Shown: one piece after another, positions 10,055 to 20,825 of the stretch
How the letters are laid out: every line of letters begins with the position of its first letter
Numbering within the stretch: the stretch's first letter is position 1
NCBI GenBank assembly: GCA_965214775.1
Contig: OZ243974.1
Coordinates: 1,184,001-1,248,000 of the forward strand
Source of the DNA: Nitrosopumilus sp.
GTDB taxonomy: Archaea; Thermoproteota; Nitrososphaeria; Nitrososphaerales; Nitrosopumilaceae
DNA: 64,000 nt
Direction of reading: 5' to 3'
The notes under the pieces: model-generated
What the model saw: the letters and a program-made list of their open reading frames with translations, nothing else
Databases searched by the model: none
What the model was told of the DNA's origin: nothing
Made by a program: the position numbers and the translations under genes

Positions 10055-11098
10055 TTGATACCGTATGTGGAAATAATCCGAAGTCGTGCCCCGCTGCGTA
10101 TTAGCTTTGCAGGAGGCGGAACAGACGTGTCCCCGTATCCTGAATTAAAGGGAGGCGCAGTAATCAGTACCACCATAGACAGATACGCCTACGTATCATT
10201 ACAGGCAAATCAAGAAAACCGAGTGCAGGTCAAATCCCACGACTATAATCTTTTGGAAACATTTGAGAACATCTCTGATATGACATACGACGGAAGATTA
10301 GACTTGGCCAAAGCCGCAATAAAGATATTGAATCTGGAAAAAACATATTTTGACGCACTGATACATGTCGATTCCCCGCCAGGATCCGGCCTAGGATCAT
10401 CTTCTGCTGTGGCCGTAAGCCTGATCGGTTCGCTGTCTTATCTCCTGAGGAAAGATCTCTCTACTTACGAGATAGCAGAAAAGGCCTATGACGTGGAAAG
10501 AGTCGAATTGGGAATCAAGGGCGGCAAACAGGATCAATACGCATCATCTTTTGGCGGGTTCAACCTTCTGGAGTTTAAAAAATCATCCGTTGACGTTACC
10601 CCGCTTCGAATAAGACACGAAGTTTTAAACGAATTACTGGCCTCTATTGTGATCTGTGACACGCAGGTTACTCGACTGTCTGCTAACATCCTTGAAAGAC
10701 AGTCAAAGAGCTACTCAAAGGGAAGCAATACCATTGATTCTAACCTAGATTTCATAAAAAAATCTGCCTATGACATGAAAGCCTCTCTAATCAAAGGCGA
10801 CATGACAAGTATGGGCGAACTGCTACACGAGGGCTGGATGTATAAAAAGAGACTTGACAGCGAGATTAGCAATTCGTCAATTGATAAAATTTATGACACT
10901 GCCTTGGAAAATGGCGCATCCGGAGGAAAACTGCTGGGGGCCGGCGGAGGCGGGCATTTTCTGTTCATTTGTGATCCGGACAAACGCAATGAAGTCTCGC
11001 GTGTTGTAGAAAAGCTAGGCTGCAAACAAATCAAGATAAATTTTGATACTGAGGGACTGCAGGTGTGGAAAAAAAACAACGATCACATCACATATTGA
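10055..11098 (+). CDS. hddA: D-glycero-D-manno-heptose 7-phosphate kinase (GHMP kinase)
   Basis: SRAPLRISFAGGGTD, PPGSGLGSSSA, GGKQDQYA, GGKLLGAGGGG. Confidence 0.85.
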   Translation: MIPYVEIIRSRAPLRISFAGGGTDVSPYPELKGGAVISTTIDRYAYVSLQANQENRVQVKSHDYNLLETFENISDMTYDGRLDLAKAAIKILNLEKTYFDALIHVDSPPGSGLGSSSAVAVSLIGSLSYLLRKDLSTYEIAEKAYDVERVELGIKGGKQDQYASSFGGFNLLEFKKSSVDVTPLRIRHEVLNELLASIVICDTQVTRLSANILERQSKSYSKGSNTIDSNLDFIKKSAYDMKASLIKGDMTSMGELLHEGWMYKKRLDSEISNSSIDKIYDTALENGASGGKLLGAGGGGHFLFICDPDKRNEVSRVVEKLGCKQIKINFDTEGLQVWKKNNDHITY

Positions 11099-11145
11099 CG
11101 ACAACATCAAACAGTTTAATACCGTACGCTGATGATGCCTAAAGC

Positions 11146-11754
11146 ATGAAATACACTCATTTTATAGAACGCGAACTACAAAGCAGCATAGACATAAAAA
11201 AATCACTTTTGGCAGACATCCAGACAATTCAAAAAATCGGAAAAATTATGATCAAATCCATCAACTCAAACCACGGCATATTCTTTCTTGGAAATGGCGG
11301 CAGTGCTGCCGATGCGCAACACATGGCAGCCGAATTGGTGGGGCTGTTTGGCCACAACGTAAAGCGAGCTGCACTTCCTGCAGTTGCCCTGACTACTAAC
11401 TCGTCCATTCTTACTGCAGTATCCAACGACATTTCCTTTGATATGGTATTCTCAAGACAGGTTGAAGCTTTTGTTAAAAAGGGCGATGTGGTGGTGGGGA
11501 TAAGTACCTCTGGACGCTCAAAAAACATTATTGAGGCAATAAGGCTTGCCAAGAAAAAGGGCGCCATCACAATTGCTCTTACCGGAAAAAACAAGAGTCC
11601 CCTCTCAAAAATTGCCGATGTTTCCATGCATGCTCCCTCAAACAATACCCAAAGAATTCAGGAATGCCACATTACACTGGGCCACATCTTCTGTGGAATG
11701 ATTGAGAATTCCCTCAAGCCTGATTTCATTCTGACTGCAGGAAAGAAGGCTTAA
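11146..11754 (+). CDS. gmhA: Phosphoheptose (sedoheptulose-7-P) isomerase
   Basis: GNGGSAADAQHMAAEL, GISTSGRS, TQRIQECH. Confidence 0.93.
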   Translation: MKYTHFIERELQSSIDIKKSLLADIQTIQKIGKIMIKSINSNHGIFFLGNGGSAADAQHMAAELVGLFGHNVKRAALPAVALTTNSSILTAVSNDISFDMVFSRQVEAFVKKGDVVVGISTSGRSKNIIEAIRLAKKKGAITIALTGKNKSPLSKIADVSMHAPSNNTQRIQECHITLGHIFCGMIENSLKPDFILTAGKKA

Positions 11755-11778
11755 TATTGAATCGTACTTTGCCCAATA

Positions 11779-12741
11779 ATGTTGAGGGTATTTGTTACTG
11801 GAATTACCGGCTTTGTGGGAAGCCACCTGGCAGAATACATCCTGGACAAGCACCCCGAATACGAGGTTCACGGTGGTTCCAGATGGAGAAGTGATCTGCA
11901 AAACGTCAGACACCTAGATGGAAAGATCTCCATGCATGACTTTGAGCTGCGTGACGGAAAATCCGTAGAGAACGTAATTAAAAACGTTCGGCCGGAAAAA
12001 ATATTCCACCTTGCGGCCCAATCCTATGTGATGTCAAGCTACGAGCATCCGCGCGATACCATCGAAACAAACGTTATTGGAACGCTGAACCTTTTTGAGG
12101 CCATTAGAAAGTCAGACATCGATCCGGTCGTGCATGTCTGCAGTTCTTCAGAGGTGTACGGCAAGGTTAACCCTGATGAGATACCCATCAAGGAAACCAA
12201 CGAATTAAGGCCTGCCAGTCCGTATGCCCTGAGCAAAGTGGGCGAAGATCGGCTTGGATTTCAGTATTTTAATTCCTACGGGATCAAAAACATCATGACT
12301 AGGGCATTTACCCACACCGGCCCGCGCAGAGGCAGCGTATTTGCAGAATCCAGTTTTGCCAAGCAAATAGCCGAAGCTGAAAACGGAAAACGCGAGCCTG
12401 TTGTCAGTACAGGCAATCTGGACTCTGTTCGAACTTTTCTTGATGTAAGGGACATTGTTCACGCATACTGGCTGCTGACTGAAAAATGCGTTCCCGGCGA
12501 GGCATACAATGTAGGCGGAAAAACCACAATGAAGGTCGGAGAGATGCTTGACCTGATGATTGGCATGAGCGACAAAGAAATCACGACAAGGCAGGATCCA
12601 AGGCGCATGAGGCCCTCAGACGTCACATTACAAATTCCTGATACCTCCAAGTTTGCAGAAAAAACCGGCTGGAAACCCACAATTCCGGTTGAAAAGACGT
12701 TCAGGGATCTTTTGGATTACTGGCGTGATCTAACAAAATAA
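11779..12741 (+). CDS. GDP-sugar 4,6-dehydratase family (Gmd/DmhA-like)
   Basis: TGITGFVGSHL, HLAAQSYV, SSSEVYG, SPYALSK, HTGPRRG; sits inside the heptose cluster. Confidence 0.8.
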   Translation: MLRVFVTGITGFVGSHLAEYILDKHPEYEVHGGSRWRSDLQNVRHLDGKISMHDFELRDGKSVENVIKNVRPEKIFHLAAQSYVMSSYEHPRDTIETNVIGTLNLFEAIRKSDIDPVVHVCSSSEVYGKVNPDEIPIKETNELRPASPYALSKVGEDRLGFQYFNSYGIKNIMTRAFTHTGPRRGSVFAESSFAKQIAEAENGKREPVVSTGNLDSVRTFLDVRDIVHAYWLLTEKCVPGEAYNVGGKTTMKVGEMLDLMIGMSDKEITTRQDPRRMRPSDVTLQIPDTSKFAEKTGWKPTIPVEKTFRDLLDYWRDLTK

Positions 12742-12973
12742 AAGGCCTAAAAATTATGGGACATGACGGCAGAGAGTTGATTTGAACTTTACAGACAGAC
12801 AATTCACCATTTGCAGGCATCATTTTGATCGATTTGATGCAAATCTGCTTATGTGTGATCCGAGTCTGCTGATTTCGAGCCAACCCTCCGGCAAACGTGA
12901 TTTTCATATAAAACGTGTCACGTGACCGGGGTTGTAATGACAAATTTTTATTGAATACAAACTACAAGACGAC

Positions 12974-13459
12974 ATGAAGCGCGGATTATTTCTGGATCGT
13001 GACGGCGTACTAAATTTCAAGGCTGAATCCTATGTGACTACAGCAGATGAACTGGTGCTGCTTCCAGACGTTGGAAAACATCTGAGAAAGTTTCAAGAAT
13101 GCGGTTTTCAGTTGTTTGTAGTTACTAACCAGTCTGCAATAAACCGTGGACTGCTAAGTCATGAAACCCTGAATAAAATCCACCAGAAGCTGTTACATCA
13201 ATTATCCGCAGATGGCGTTACCGTAAAAAAAATCTATTACTGCCCGCACAAACCAGAAGAGAGGTGTGCATGCCGCAAACCAAAAAACGCATTGTTTGAA
13301 AAAGCCCTAAGGGACAACCGTCTTGATCCCTCACAATCCTGGATGATAGGAGATTCAAACTCCGATGTTGAGGCTGCAATCGCTTCCGGCATAAACCCAT
13401 TTAAAATAAAAACCAATTCCTCCTTGCTGGCCTGCATTGAGAAGATCTTAGACGGCTGA
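12974..13459 (+). CDS. gmhB: Heptose 1,7-bisphosphate phosphatase
   Basis: FLDRDGVLN, VTNQS, CPH...C.CRKP, MIGD. Confidence 0.9.
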   Translation: MKRGLFLDRDGVLNFKAESYVTTADELVLLPDVGKHLRKFQECGFQLFVVTNQSAINRGLLSHETLNKIHQKLLHQLSADGVTVKKIYYCPHKPEERCACRKPKNALFEKALRDNRLDPSQSWMIGDSNSDVEAAIASGINPFKIKTNSSLLACIEKILDG

Positions 13460-13659
13460 AACCCATCTGTTTTTTAGAACTTTACGAAATAGATGCCTGT
13501 TATTTTTTCCTTGATCAAAGAATCGGGAGACCGCAGATGCGTCTGTGATCGTATGAGGTTACCCCGTCTCGAGGAATACGGCGCGATAGACACGATCATA
13601 AAGGTCCCGGCCAGTCCTGTCGCCTGAGGGGTAAATTCGTACAAAACGAGGATCGCCCT

Positions 13660-14045
13660 CAACTAGTTTAACGCAGATTAAAGTTCTAACTGTAATGACA
13701 ATAATGATGATGACGTTCATTTCACACGCATGTCTCCTATGCACGGCTTGAAGGTCATCTCCTTCTTTAGCATCCAGTATGATATGCGCAGCAGCTTGGA
13801 TGCTGCGGCCTTGGATCTTTCCACTCTTCTTTATCTCGCTTTCCTTGTTGCTTATTTTTGTGTTCCCCAGGACCTTGCCGTCCTTGTCCATCACTGCAAC
13901 CTGGATGGACTTCTTGTGCACGTCCAGACCGACATACTGCTGCACCGCCTTTGATTTCACACATATCCTTTTTTTTTGCGCTAATCTGTCTGTTTGCATT
14001 GCAATTTATCTTGGTACCATCTGAATTTTGTTTTTGAGACACATA
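13660..14045 (-). pseudogene. Internally deleted IS110-family transposase remnant
   Basis: YVGLDVHKKSIQVAVMD; homologous to 26990-27382. Confidence 0.75.
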
Positions 14046-14046
14046 T

Positions 14047-14918
14047 CAGTACTTCCTAGGTGTACTTTTACAGGCACGGTAATTACGTAATTTGGAGAAG
14101 ATCTTATGCGTAAACGAAGTTAGCGGCTATGGCGTGCCGGGTCTGCAAAAGCACATCTAGGAAGTAGACTTTATGCGTAATCGATCCAAAACTAGGATTA
14201 TTACGAACAAATTCATCTCATTCAGATCGATTACGCATAAAGTCTAGTACTGATATGGCGTTGTGTTTCCCGGACATTCTGACACACGAGAGCATGTTCC
14301 TTCCGCCATCTGCAACATGTTCATATATGCGCGGGTTGTTCTCAAGATCGCGGCACTGTCTGGATTTTTGCTTCAACAAAAACCACGGGGCCGCACCCCA
14401 ATTGATCTGTCTGTTTGCTTCAACAAAAACCACGGGGCCGCACCCCAATTGATCTGTCTGTTTGCATTGCAATTTATCTTGGTACCATCTGAATTTTGTT
14501 TTTGAGACACATATGGTTACTCTGTGATCAGCCTTCCCAAGTTCCACGTAAAACGGCTCCAAATTTGACACAACTCAGACTATGATGCCTGCAGATCTGT
14601 ACATCATCATCGTCTGCGCCGACATGGGCCGGGTTACACGGGGAAGACTGGCGTGAGACAGCCAAGTGAAAAGTAAATGAGGTTTGTTGTTTTGTCCTGA
14701 TATTGAGGTATCGTACCTCCTGTTCATCTTCTGTTTTTACTTGATTTTTTAGTACTTTTCACTTGGCTGTGAGAAGCTAGTTTGTTGCATAACTCGATTT
14801 TTTTACTCGAATTCGTCCTAAACGACAAATCCAGATAAAAACCACAGTTGATTTCGGATCTATCTGTGATCGAAATCAGGAGTTTTTTGACGAAAAAAGA
14901 AGTTATGCAACAAACTAT
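14047..14918. mobile_element. Cluster of MITEs and IS fragments
   Basis: TIR pairs cagtacttcctag...ctaggaagta, tagactttatgcgtaatcgatc...gatcgattacgcataaagtcta (14165-14246), family A (14529-14650), tagtttgttgcataac...gttatgcaacaaacta (~14778-14918). Confidence 0.7.
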
Positions 14919-14938
14919 GAGAAGCAGCTCAATTTTAT

Positions 14939-15850
14939 ATGGGTCGGTTCATCAACGAATGCCTGATGCACACTCCCGACGTCATAGCATGGCCCAACCT
15001 CTATTATGTAGCCCCCGAAAAAACAGGAACGACTACAATATACCACATTCTGAGGCAGATTCGTGGAATATATGTTCCCCACGTAAAGGAGCCGGATTAT
15101 TTTTTACGGGCTATTACCAAGAGGCAGTATCTTTCGCTTTACGGGAATGCCAGAGGCGAGAAGATACTTGCCGATACCTCGCATTATTATTTTAGCAGTA
15201 CCGCGTGCAGGAGGATCCGCGCAGTAAGGCCGGACGCAAAAATCCTGATCAGCCTGCGGGATCCCGTCGAACAGCTGTTTTCACGGTGGCTATACTACAT
15301 CAAAGCAAAGTCAAACTCCCTTACTCCTACGCAAAGAATTGATCGCTTCATAAACGACGATTACGGTGTTCTGTGTATCAACACCATCAGAGACAACTCA
15401 GATCTGCTGGATATCAGAAAGTCAAACAAGTACTACTACTCCGAGCCACTGTCCATGTGGATTTCTGCCTTTGGAAGGCAGAACGTCAAGGTGATACTCC
15501 TTGAGGATCTGGTCGAAAACCCGAGGGATACGGTGGCCGGCCTGCTGGACTTTGTGGGGGGGGGGTGCACTGCCGACCTTGACTCGTTAGTTCTCAAGGA
15601 CTATAACCCCTTCCGTATCTATCGCTCCCACACGCTGTCCGGAATCCTGAGACGCATACCTGCATCGATCCGTACCCGCATCCCACTAGGCATAAAGACG
15701 TTTGCTGATGAAAAAATCCTGACACAACGCAGGCAAAAGCCGCAGATGAACCCCCAAGACAGGCGCCGGCTGCGGCACTTTCTCCGGGACGACGTGTCTG
15801 AGACAGAGAGGATCCTAGGGCGCAGGCTTCCCTGGAAGAACTTTCGGTAG
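14939..15850 (+). CDS. Sulfotransferase family protein
   Basis: PAPS-binding-like PEKTGTT, KEPDYF, ISLRDPVEQLFS. Confidence 0.85.
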   Translation: MGRFINECLMHTPDVIAWPNLYYVAPEKTGTTTIYHILRQIRGIYVPHVKEPDYFLRAITKRQYLSLYGNARGEKILADTSHYYFSSTACRRIRAVRPDAKILISLRDPVEQLFSRWLYYIKAKSNSLTPTQRIDRFINDDYGVLCINTIRDNSDLLDIRKSNKYYYSEPLSMWISAFGRQNVKVILLEDLVENPRDTVAGLLDFVGGGCTADLDSLVLKDYNPFRIYRSHTLSGILRRIPASIRTRIPLGIKTFADEKILTQRRQKPQMNPQDRRRLRHFLRDDVSETERILGRRLPWKNFR

Positions 15851-15956
15851 CGCGGCCGCATAGGTGATGCACCGTGTGATGTACAGATGCATGCCTGCAA
15901 CCATGACCTCTTGAATGTCATCTGCCGTTTGTAGGTGTGTCTGATCATAAAATACT

Positions 15957-18557
15957 TTAAGGGTCTTTGCTAGTCAGTATGGCATACCTGGCATCCCCGT
16001 GCGCCGTATCACCACCCGAGGAGTCTGACAGGTCACCCTCGAACTCTAGGTGCACCAAGAGCGCCATGTCATAAACTCCCATGCACGCATGGTTGCCGAC
16101 AGATCCGGCGGCCATCTCCACGTGACATTCGTGCACATCTGATATGTAGCTCGCAGGCAACCGTGCCGAATATATCATGACATCATCCAGCACGATATCA
16201 TGTGCAGACCACTTGCCGGTGCTACCGGCGCCCACGACAAGCGGATGATCGTTTGCAACGGAGCCGGCCAGCGATGTACTGATCCGGCGCCGGTTGTCGA
16301 TCTGTCCGTCCACGTACACGTCAAGTCCGTCACTGCTTCTGGAGCCATCATAGGTGAACACGACATGGTGCCAGCGGCCGTCGGCCACACTAGAGAACGT
16401 ATCGACGGTGATCCTACCTTGCGCGTCGTCTGCCATCTGAAGCGAAATACCGCCGGCGTGGCCTCCCCACACGATGATGCCCTGCTGTTTGGTCGTGTCG
16501 GCCTTTGAGATGATCGGTGCGTCAGGACTGTCTGGTCTGGGCATTTTGATCCAAAACGCGATGCTGAACGGATCGCCCCCGCCAAGATCGAGGCCGGGCG
16601 CATCTGCCAGTTCTACGTATGCGGTGCCGTCAAGGTGAAGGGCTCTGCCAACGGGGCCATACGTGGGCAGGGAGGCCCATCCTGGCGGGCGCCATTCTGT
16701 CACTTCCACCGTTCGATCGACGCGGGGGTAGATCTTTGATACTATCGGCGTGGACTGAAACGGGATGTCGTATGAGAACATCCAGTGGTTGACACGCGTA
16801 TAGACTTTTACTGGTATCGGCGTGTCCGGTTTTGGAATGCTATGAAACTCGGCCACCCTACTGCCGCCGTCGTATAGCTCTAGATACCGCTGCGACCAAT
16901 CTGCTTCCGGAGACGATGTCACATTGCCGCCGCCGTGATAGGCCTCCAACACGATCCTTTTCCAGCCTATTCTGTCGACAGAGTCTATCATCACGATCTT
17001 TTTGGTTTTTTGCGGCTGCGCGGTGAAAAAATCATATATGTCCATGTCAGAGTGTGCAAGAATGTGGGTGTGTATTAACCGCGATTCCCGAAGCAACTGC
17101 ATGATTATTCCCGCATCAGAGTCGGCATAGTTTTGCAGCGTAAAGGCCAGCGCATCAGTGTACACAGATGTTGCGTCCCAGTGTACAAGTACGCCAGACG
17201 TGGACAGGCCTAATGCCGCGGCCGCAAATACTGCCGCCAGCAGCAGCGCGTTGTTGTACTGCCCCCTCGGGCCCCATCTTCCCGCCGACGCCCTTTCTAT
17301 TCCGCCGCCGATCAGTGCGGCAGCAGCAATACACATCACAGTCCACAGCATGCCCAGATGGAACCACGATACGTATCCGATTGATCCAAAGAACAGCAGA
17401 ACGGGTGCAGTCCAAAGCATCAGAAACCTGCTGCGTGTGACAACCGCAAAGACGAGCCCTGCAGTGCCCAGCGATACCAGAACAGGATCCATCTCGAACA
17501 ATGATATGGCGGCCATCAGCGCGATCGCAGGGCGGGTCAGTATTTCAGAATCCTGGCTCCGCACCAGGTCTATTGGTATGTACTGTTGCAGCAGGTCAAG
17601 CCTGCGCTGGTCGATCCTTTCTGTATGCCACAGGACGTCGTTGATCCACTGATCGGACTGGCCTTCGAGCACCGCAGACGCGGGCCAGACTGCCGCAACC
17701 AGGATTACGGGCGCAAGCCACAGCAGCATCCGCCTTTTTTGTCTCATTCTGCCGGCAGAATATACCAGGAAGAGAACCAGTGGGATCATTACAAGCGAGG
17801 GGATCTTGACGAGTATGGCACATCCCATGCAGACGCCAGACAGGAGGATCAGCAGACACGTCTTGTCGGGATCAGCGGCAGCAGCGGCTCCCTCCCTTGG
17901 GATGGTAACTGATCGAGCTCTGGAATCTGTTTCTGATTTTAGGCACAAATTCCATTTGAACAGCCCTTTTGGTGGCAGAATTCGTCCCTGAACTTCCAGA
18001 TCCCGAGCTGTTGCTTGGGGTGGGCAGCGCGCGTACATGGCAAGCAGGACAGAGGAGAGGACAAACGGGAGGAGGATCGAGTCCAGCAGAACATGTCTGA
18101 GCGTCAGCGATACGGGCATCACCGCAAACAGGACGGCTGCAATCGGTGCGGCCCTGCGCCCAAAACCCCTCTCGGCTATCTTGTAGATCAGAAAGGTATC
18201 TAGGATCGCAAGCAGGCCCATGAGGATGCGCGGGCCCCCGTAAAGCATGTCAAGCGAGGACACATCCTCTAATGTGACAAAGGAGTCGGGATATCCGGTG
18301 GCATACATGAATCCTGCCAGTATCGTCCAGCCAAGGAACGGGTGGTCGTACCTGTCGTGCAATATGTCGTAATTCATGGCGTCTAGGGCCCGTTCCGTAT
18401 AGGCCGTCTCATCTACGTGCCACGGTGGAAATCCTGCCGGGTTCCACAGGTGCGTATATCCAGAAAGCACCAGTATGACCGCAAGCAGGAGTAGATGCCC
18501 GTGCCCTGACAGGAGGAGGCGACCCGTGCGAAAAGTGGCATGTCTGAGGCCAAGCAT
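15957..18557 (-). CDS. GT-C (PMT/ArnT-like) membrane glycosyltransferase fused to a C-terminal LamG domain
   Basis: PPWHVDETAY...YDHPFLG and multiple TM helices; PFSIAFW...DGRWHHVVFTYDGS; paralog of 49637-52033. Confidence 0.8.
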   Translation of the reverse strand: MLGLRHATFRTGRLLLSGHGHLLLLAVILVLSGYTHLWNPAGFPPWHVDETAYTERALDAMNYDILHDRYDHPFLGWTILAGFMYATGYPDSFVTLEDVSSLDMLYGGPRILMGLLAILDTFLIYKIAERGFGRRAAPIAAVLFAVMPVSLTLRHVLLDSILLPFVLSSVLLAMYARCPPQATARDLEVQGRILPPKGLFKWNLCLKSETDSRARSVTIPREGAAAAADPDKTCLLILLSGVCMGCAILVKIPSLVMIPLVLFLVYSAGRMRQKRRMLLWLAPVILVAAVWPASAVLEGQSDQWINDVLWHTERIDQRRLDLLQQYIPIDLVRSQDSEILTRPAIALMAAISLFEMDPVLVSLGTAGLVFAVVTRSRFLMLWTAPVLLFFGSIGYVSWFHLGMLWTVMCIAAAALIGGGIERASAGRWGPRGQYNNALLLAAVFAAAALGLSTSGVLVHWDATSVYTDALAFTLQNYADSDAGIIMQLLRESRLIHTHILAHSDMDIYDFFTAQPQKTKKIVMIDSVDRIGWKRIVLEAYHGGGNVTSSPEADWSQRYLELYDGGSRVAEFHSIPKPDTPIPVKVYTRVNHWMFSYDIPFQSTPIVSKIYPRVDRTVEVTEWRPPGWASLPTYGPVGRALHLDGTAYVELADAPGLDLGGGDPFSIAFWIKMPRPDSPDAPIISKADTTKQQGIIVWGGHAGGISLQMADDAQGRITVDTFSSVADGRWHHVVFTYDGSRSSDGLDVYVDGQIDNRRRISTSLAGSVANDHPLVVGAGSTGKWSAHDIVLDDVMIYSARLPASYISDVHECHVEMAAGSVGNHACMGVYDMALLVHLEFEGDLSDSSGGDTAHGDARYAILTSKDP
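17904..18014. mobile_element. MITE (GGTAAC-ended family) inserted in frame in the GT-C gene
   Basis: Homologous to the intergenic element 60843-60955; absent from the paralog. Confidence 0.75.
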
Positions 18558-18726
18558 GGGCTATTTTCTACCCGTCGGCCAAATAACGGTTTGGAGGCAG
18601 GGGCATGGGATCACGTCTCCTTACTGCCATGCATGCGAGTCATTACACTGAGTTGAAGGGTGTTTTTGACAAATTCTGAATTTTCAATAAGGTGTAAAGC
18701 TAGGCTGGTGCTGTTGACAAAACTAA

Positions 18727-19113
18727 TCATCTGATACTTTTTGCATCTTGGTTTTCCCTATGCATTTTTTTGGCAAAGTATTCCTTAATCATCTCAAATC
18801 CAAGATAGTATCTGCCCATCTCTTCTCTGATTGCTGTCACCTGACCCGAATCCAAAAAAGGATCTAAAACCAGATCATTGGGCTTGCTTGTGTATTGAAG
18901 AATCTTTTTGATTGTCTCAGAGGATAATTTGGCAGGTGTCTTCTTTTCATTCTTCCAATACTCGCGCTTGATATCCCATACGTCTTCCATGTCTCTATAC
19001 CTTTCACTGTCGTATGCTGTACGAAAAGTAGTTCCCCCCTTATTCGAACGTGTAAAGTCGGCCAAGATCAGATGCACAAACTTCATGCATGGAATTGGAA
19101 ACAAGGGTGTCAC
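18727..19113 (-). pseudogene. C-terminal fragment of an N4/N6 DNA methyltransferase
   Basis: SKPNDLVLDPFLDSG...GRYYLGFEM; catalytic N-terminal half is missing. Confidence 0.7.
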
Positions 19114-19225
19114 GCATTCAATTCTGCTTGGGGACTATCCTATTACTCATGATTTTCATATCTGTTCAGCAATGATCAGGCAGGCCACAGAATTAACTCT
19201 CAGGGGCTAACCTGTTACGTTGCAA

Positions 19226-20170
19226 TCATTCCTTGGATGTTTTCCTTAACCTGTACAATATCTCCTCCTGTAATACTGACTGCCTGCTCAATATGGAGGA
19301 TATGACGATCATCAGCGAGGATATCGAGGCAGTTATCAGAAAAAGCGAGGCCAGCGCCATTGTGGGATAGTGTGGCCGGATCTGTCCGGTCTCCCCAAAA
19401 TGGACAAGCAGGAAAACGGACAGCCAGATGCCAAAGGCAAACAGGATGGCCGCGATAATACCAAAAAACCTTGCTGACTTGTAAAAGATCACCGTGGAGA
19501 TGATCAGGGATACGGTTTCTACCGCATACATGAAGATACTTGAGACAAGCTTGGATTTGCCTGCCTGCCTCTTCCGAAACACTACGGGAACCTCGACTAT
19601 TGTCAGTCCCTTGAAGCTTGCCTGCAACAGCGTTTCCTGCGTGTAGGTGTAACTCGAAAATATGTGCAGCTTTGCAATCGCATAGCGGTTAAATGCTCTA
19701 AATCCGGTTTGTGCGTCGTTGATTCTTTTGCCCATTATGCGTGAAACCGTCTTGGATACCAGTCTGTTTCCGATCCTTTTTTGCAGAGGCATGTGTTCAA
19801 GCCTGTGAACCTGCCTGTCGCCCAGAACAATGTCTGCCTTGCTGTCTATTATTGGCTTTAAAATGACGGGTATTTGTGCCGGGTCGTACTGATCGTCGGC
19901 ATCCAACGTAACCATAATGTCTGCCTTGAGTTCTAGACACTTGGAAAAACCAAACGATACGGCTCGTGCAAGCCCGTTGTTTTTTTCAAAGGAGTACACG
20001 ATCGCGCCTGCGTCCCTTGCAGTCTTTTCGGTGCCGTCCGTAGAACCGTCATTGATTACAACGACGGATATCTCGGCAATGTATGGGATTGACTTTGGTA
20101 TTGCCGCAATGACGTTTCCTATTGTAGACTCCTCGTTGTACGCCGGGATTAATACAACCAGTCTCATCAT
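19226..20170 (-). CDS. GT2 polyprenol-phosphate glycosyltransferase (DPM1-like) with C-terminal TM helices
   Basis: VLIPAYNEE, INDGSTD, TLDADDQYDP, DAQTGFRAF; start placed at MMRL. Confidence 0.88.
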   Translation of the reverse strand: MMRLVVLIPAYNEESTIGNVIAAIPKSIPYIAEISVVVINDGSTDGTEKTARDAGAIVYSFEKNNGLARAVSFGFSKCLELKADIMVTLDADDQYDPAQIPVILKPIIDSKADIVLGDRQVHRLEHMPLQKRIGNRLVSKTVSRIMGKRINDAQTGFRAFNRYAIAKLHIFSSYTYTQETLLQASFKGLTIVEVPVVFRKRQAGKSKLVSSIFMYAVETVSLIISTVIFYKSARFFGIIAAILFAFGIWLSVFLLVHFGETGQIRPHYPTMALASLFLITASISSLMIVISSILSRQSVLQEEILYRLRKTSKE

Positions 20171-20825
20171 GACATGTCGGCACCATCCAAAATATAAGCT
20201 TTGGAATTTTTCGGTTGTACTGTGTTCCCTCCCACTGCAATCAGGCATGAGTCTGCCCGGGAGGTCTCCGAGGTGGCAAAACTCACATCTGAACTTCCAT
20301 GACCCGAGCTGTTGTGTCTTGATCTCGGCGATTACACGGGCATCCCAGAGAGAGCGCATATGGCATCTGATGATTCAGGGGCTAGGAAGAGCTTCCAAGT
20401 GCTTAACTTCAAGTGGACCAAAGAGTTGCTGAATTTTATGAGTGGAATAGTCGACGGCAAGACATGTTGCTCCAAACTCACCAAACTTCAAAACTCTACA
20501 TTTTATTAAGACAGGAATCATGACGACGCACCTAGAAATTGAGACGCTCTCAAGCGACCACAGCAACAAGTCTCTCTTTAAGAGTCAAAGTACAAGACCA
20601 GTCTTTCCAAAAGTAATCCATAAAACGATTCTAAAACTCGAAACAGTTCAAACCAAGCTGCCTGCAGATTCACATATGGCCGTCTGCGCCGCGATGAGTC
20701 GGGTACATTTGGGAAGACTGAAGACTGAATGGCAAAAAGGCGGTGACTCCACTCAAGGCAACAGATCTCATGACTGGGATTCTACCTAACGCTATTATAT
20801 TGCATGCATACTGCATGTACCACGC

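Noticed and set aside
19226-20359. Upstream start at 20359 for the GT2
   Set aside because: The extension crosses MITE-like DNA; GT2 similarity begins at 20170
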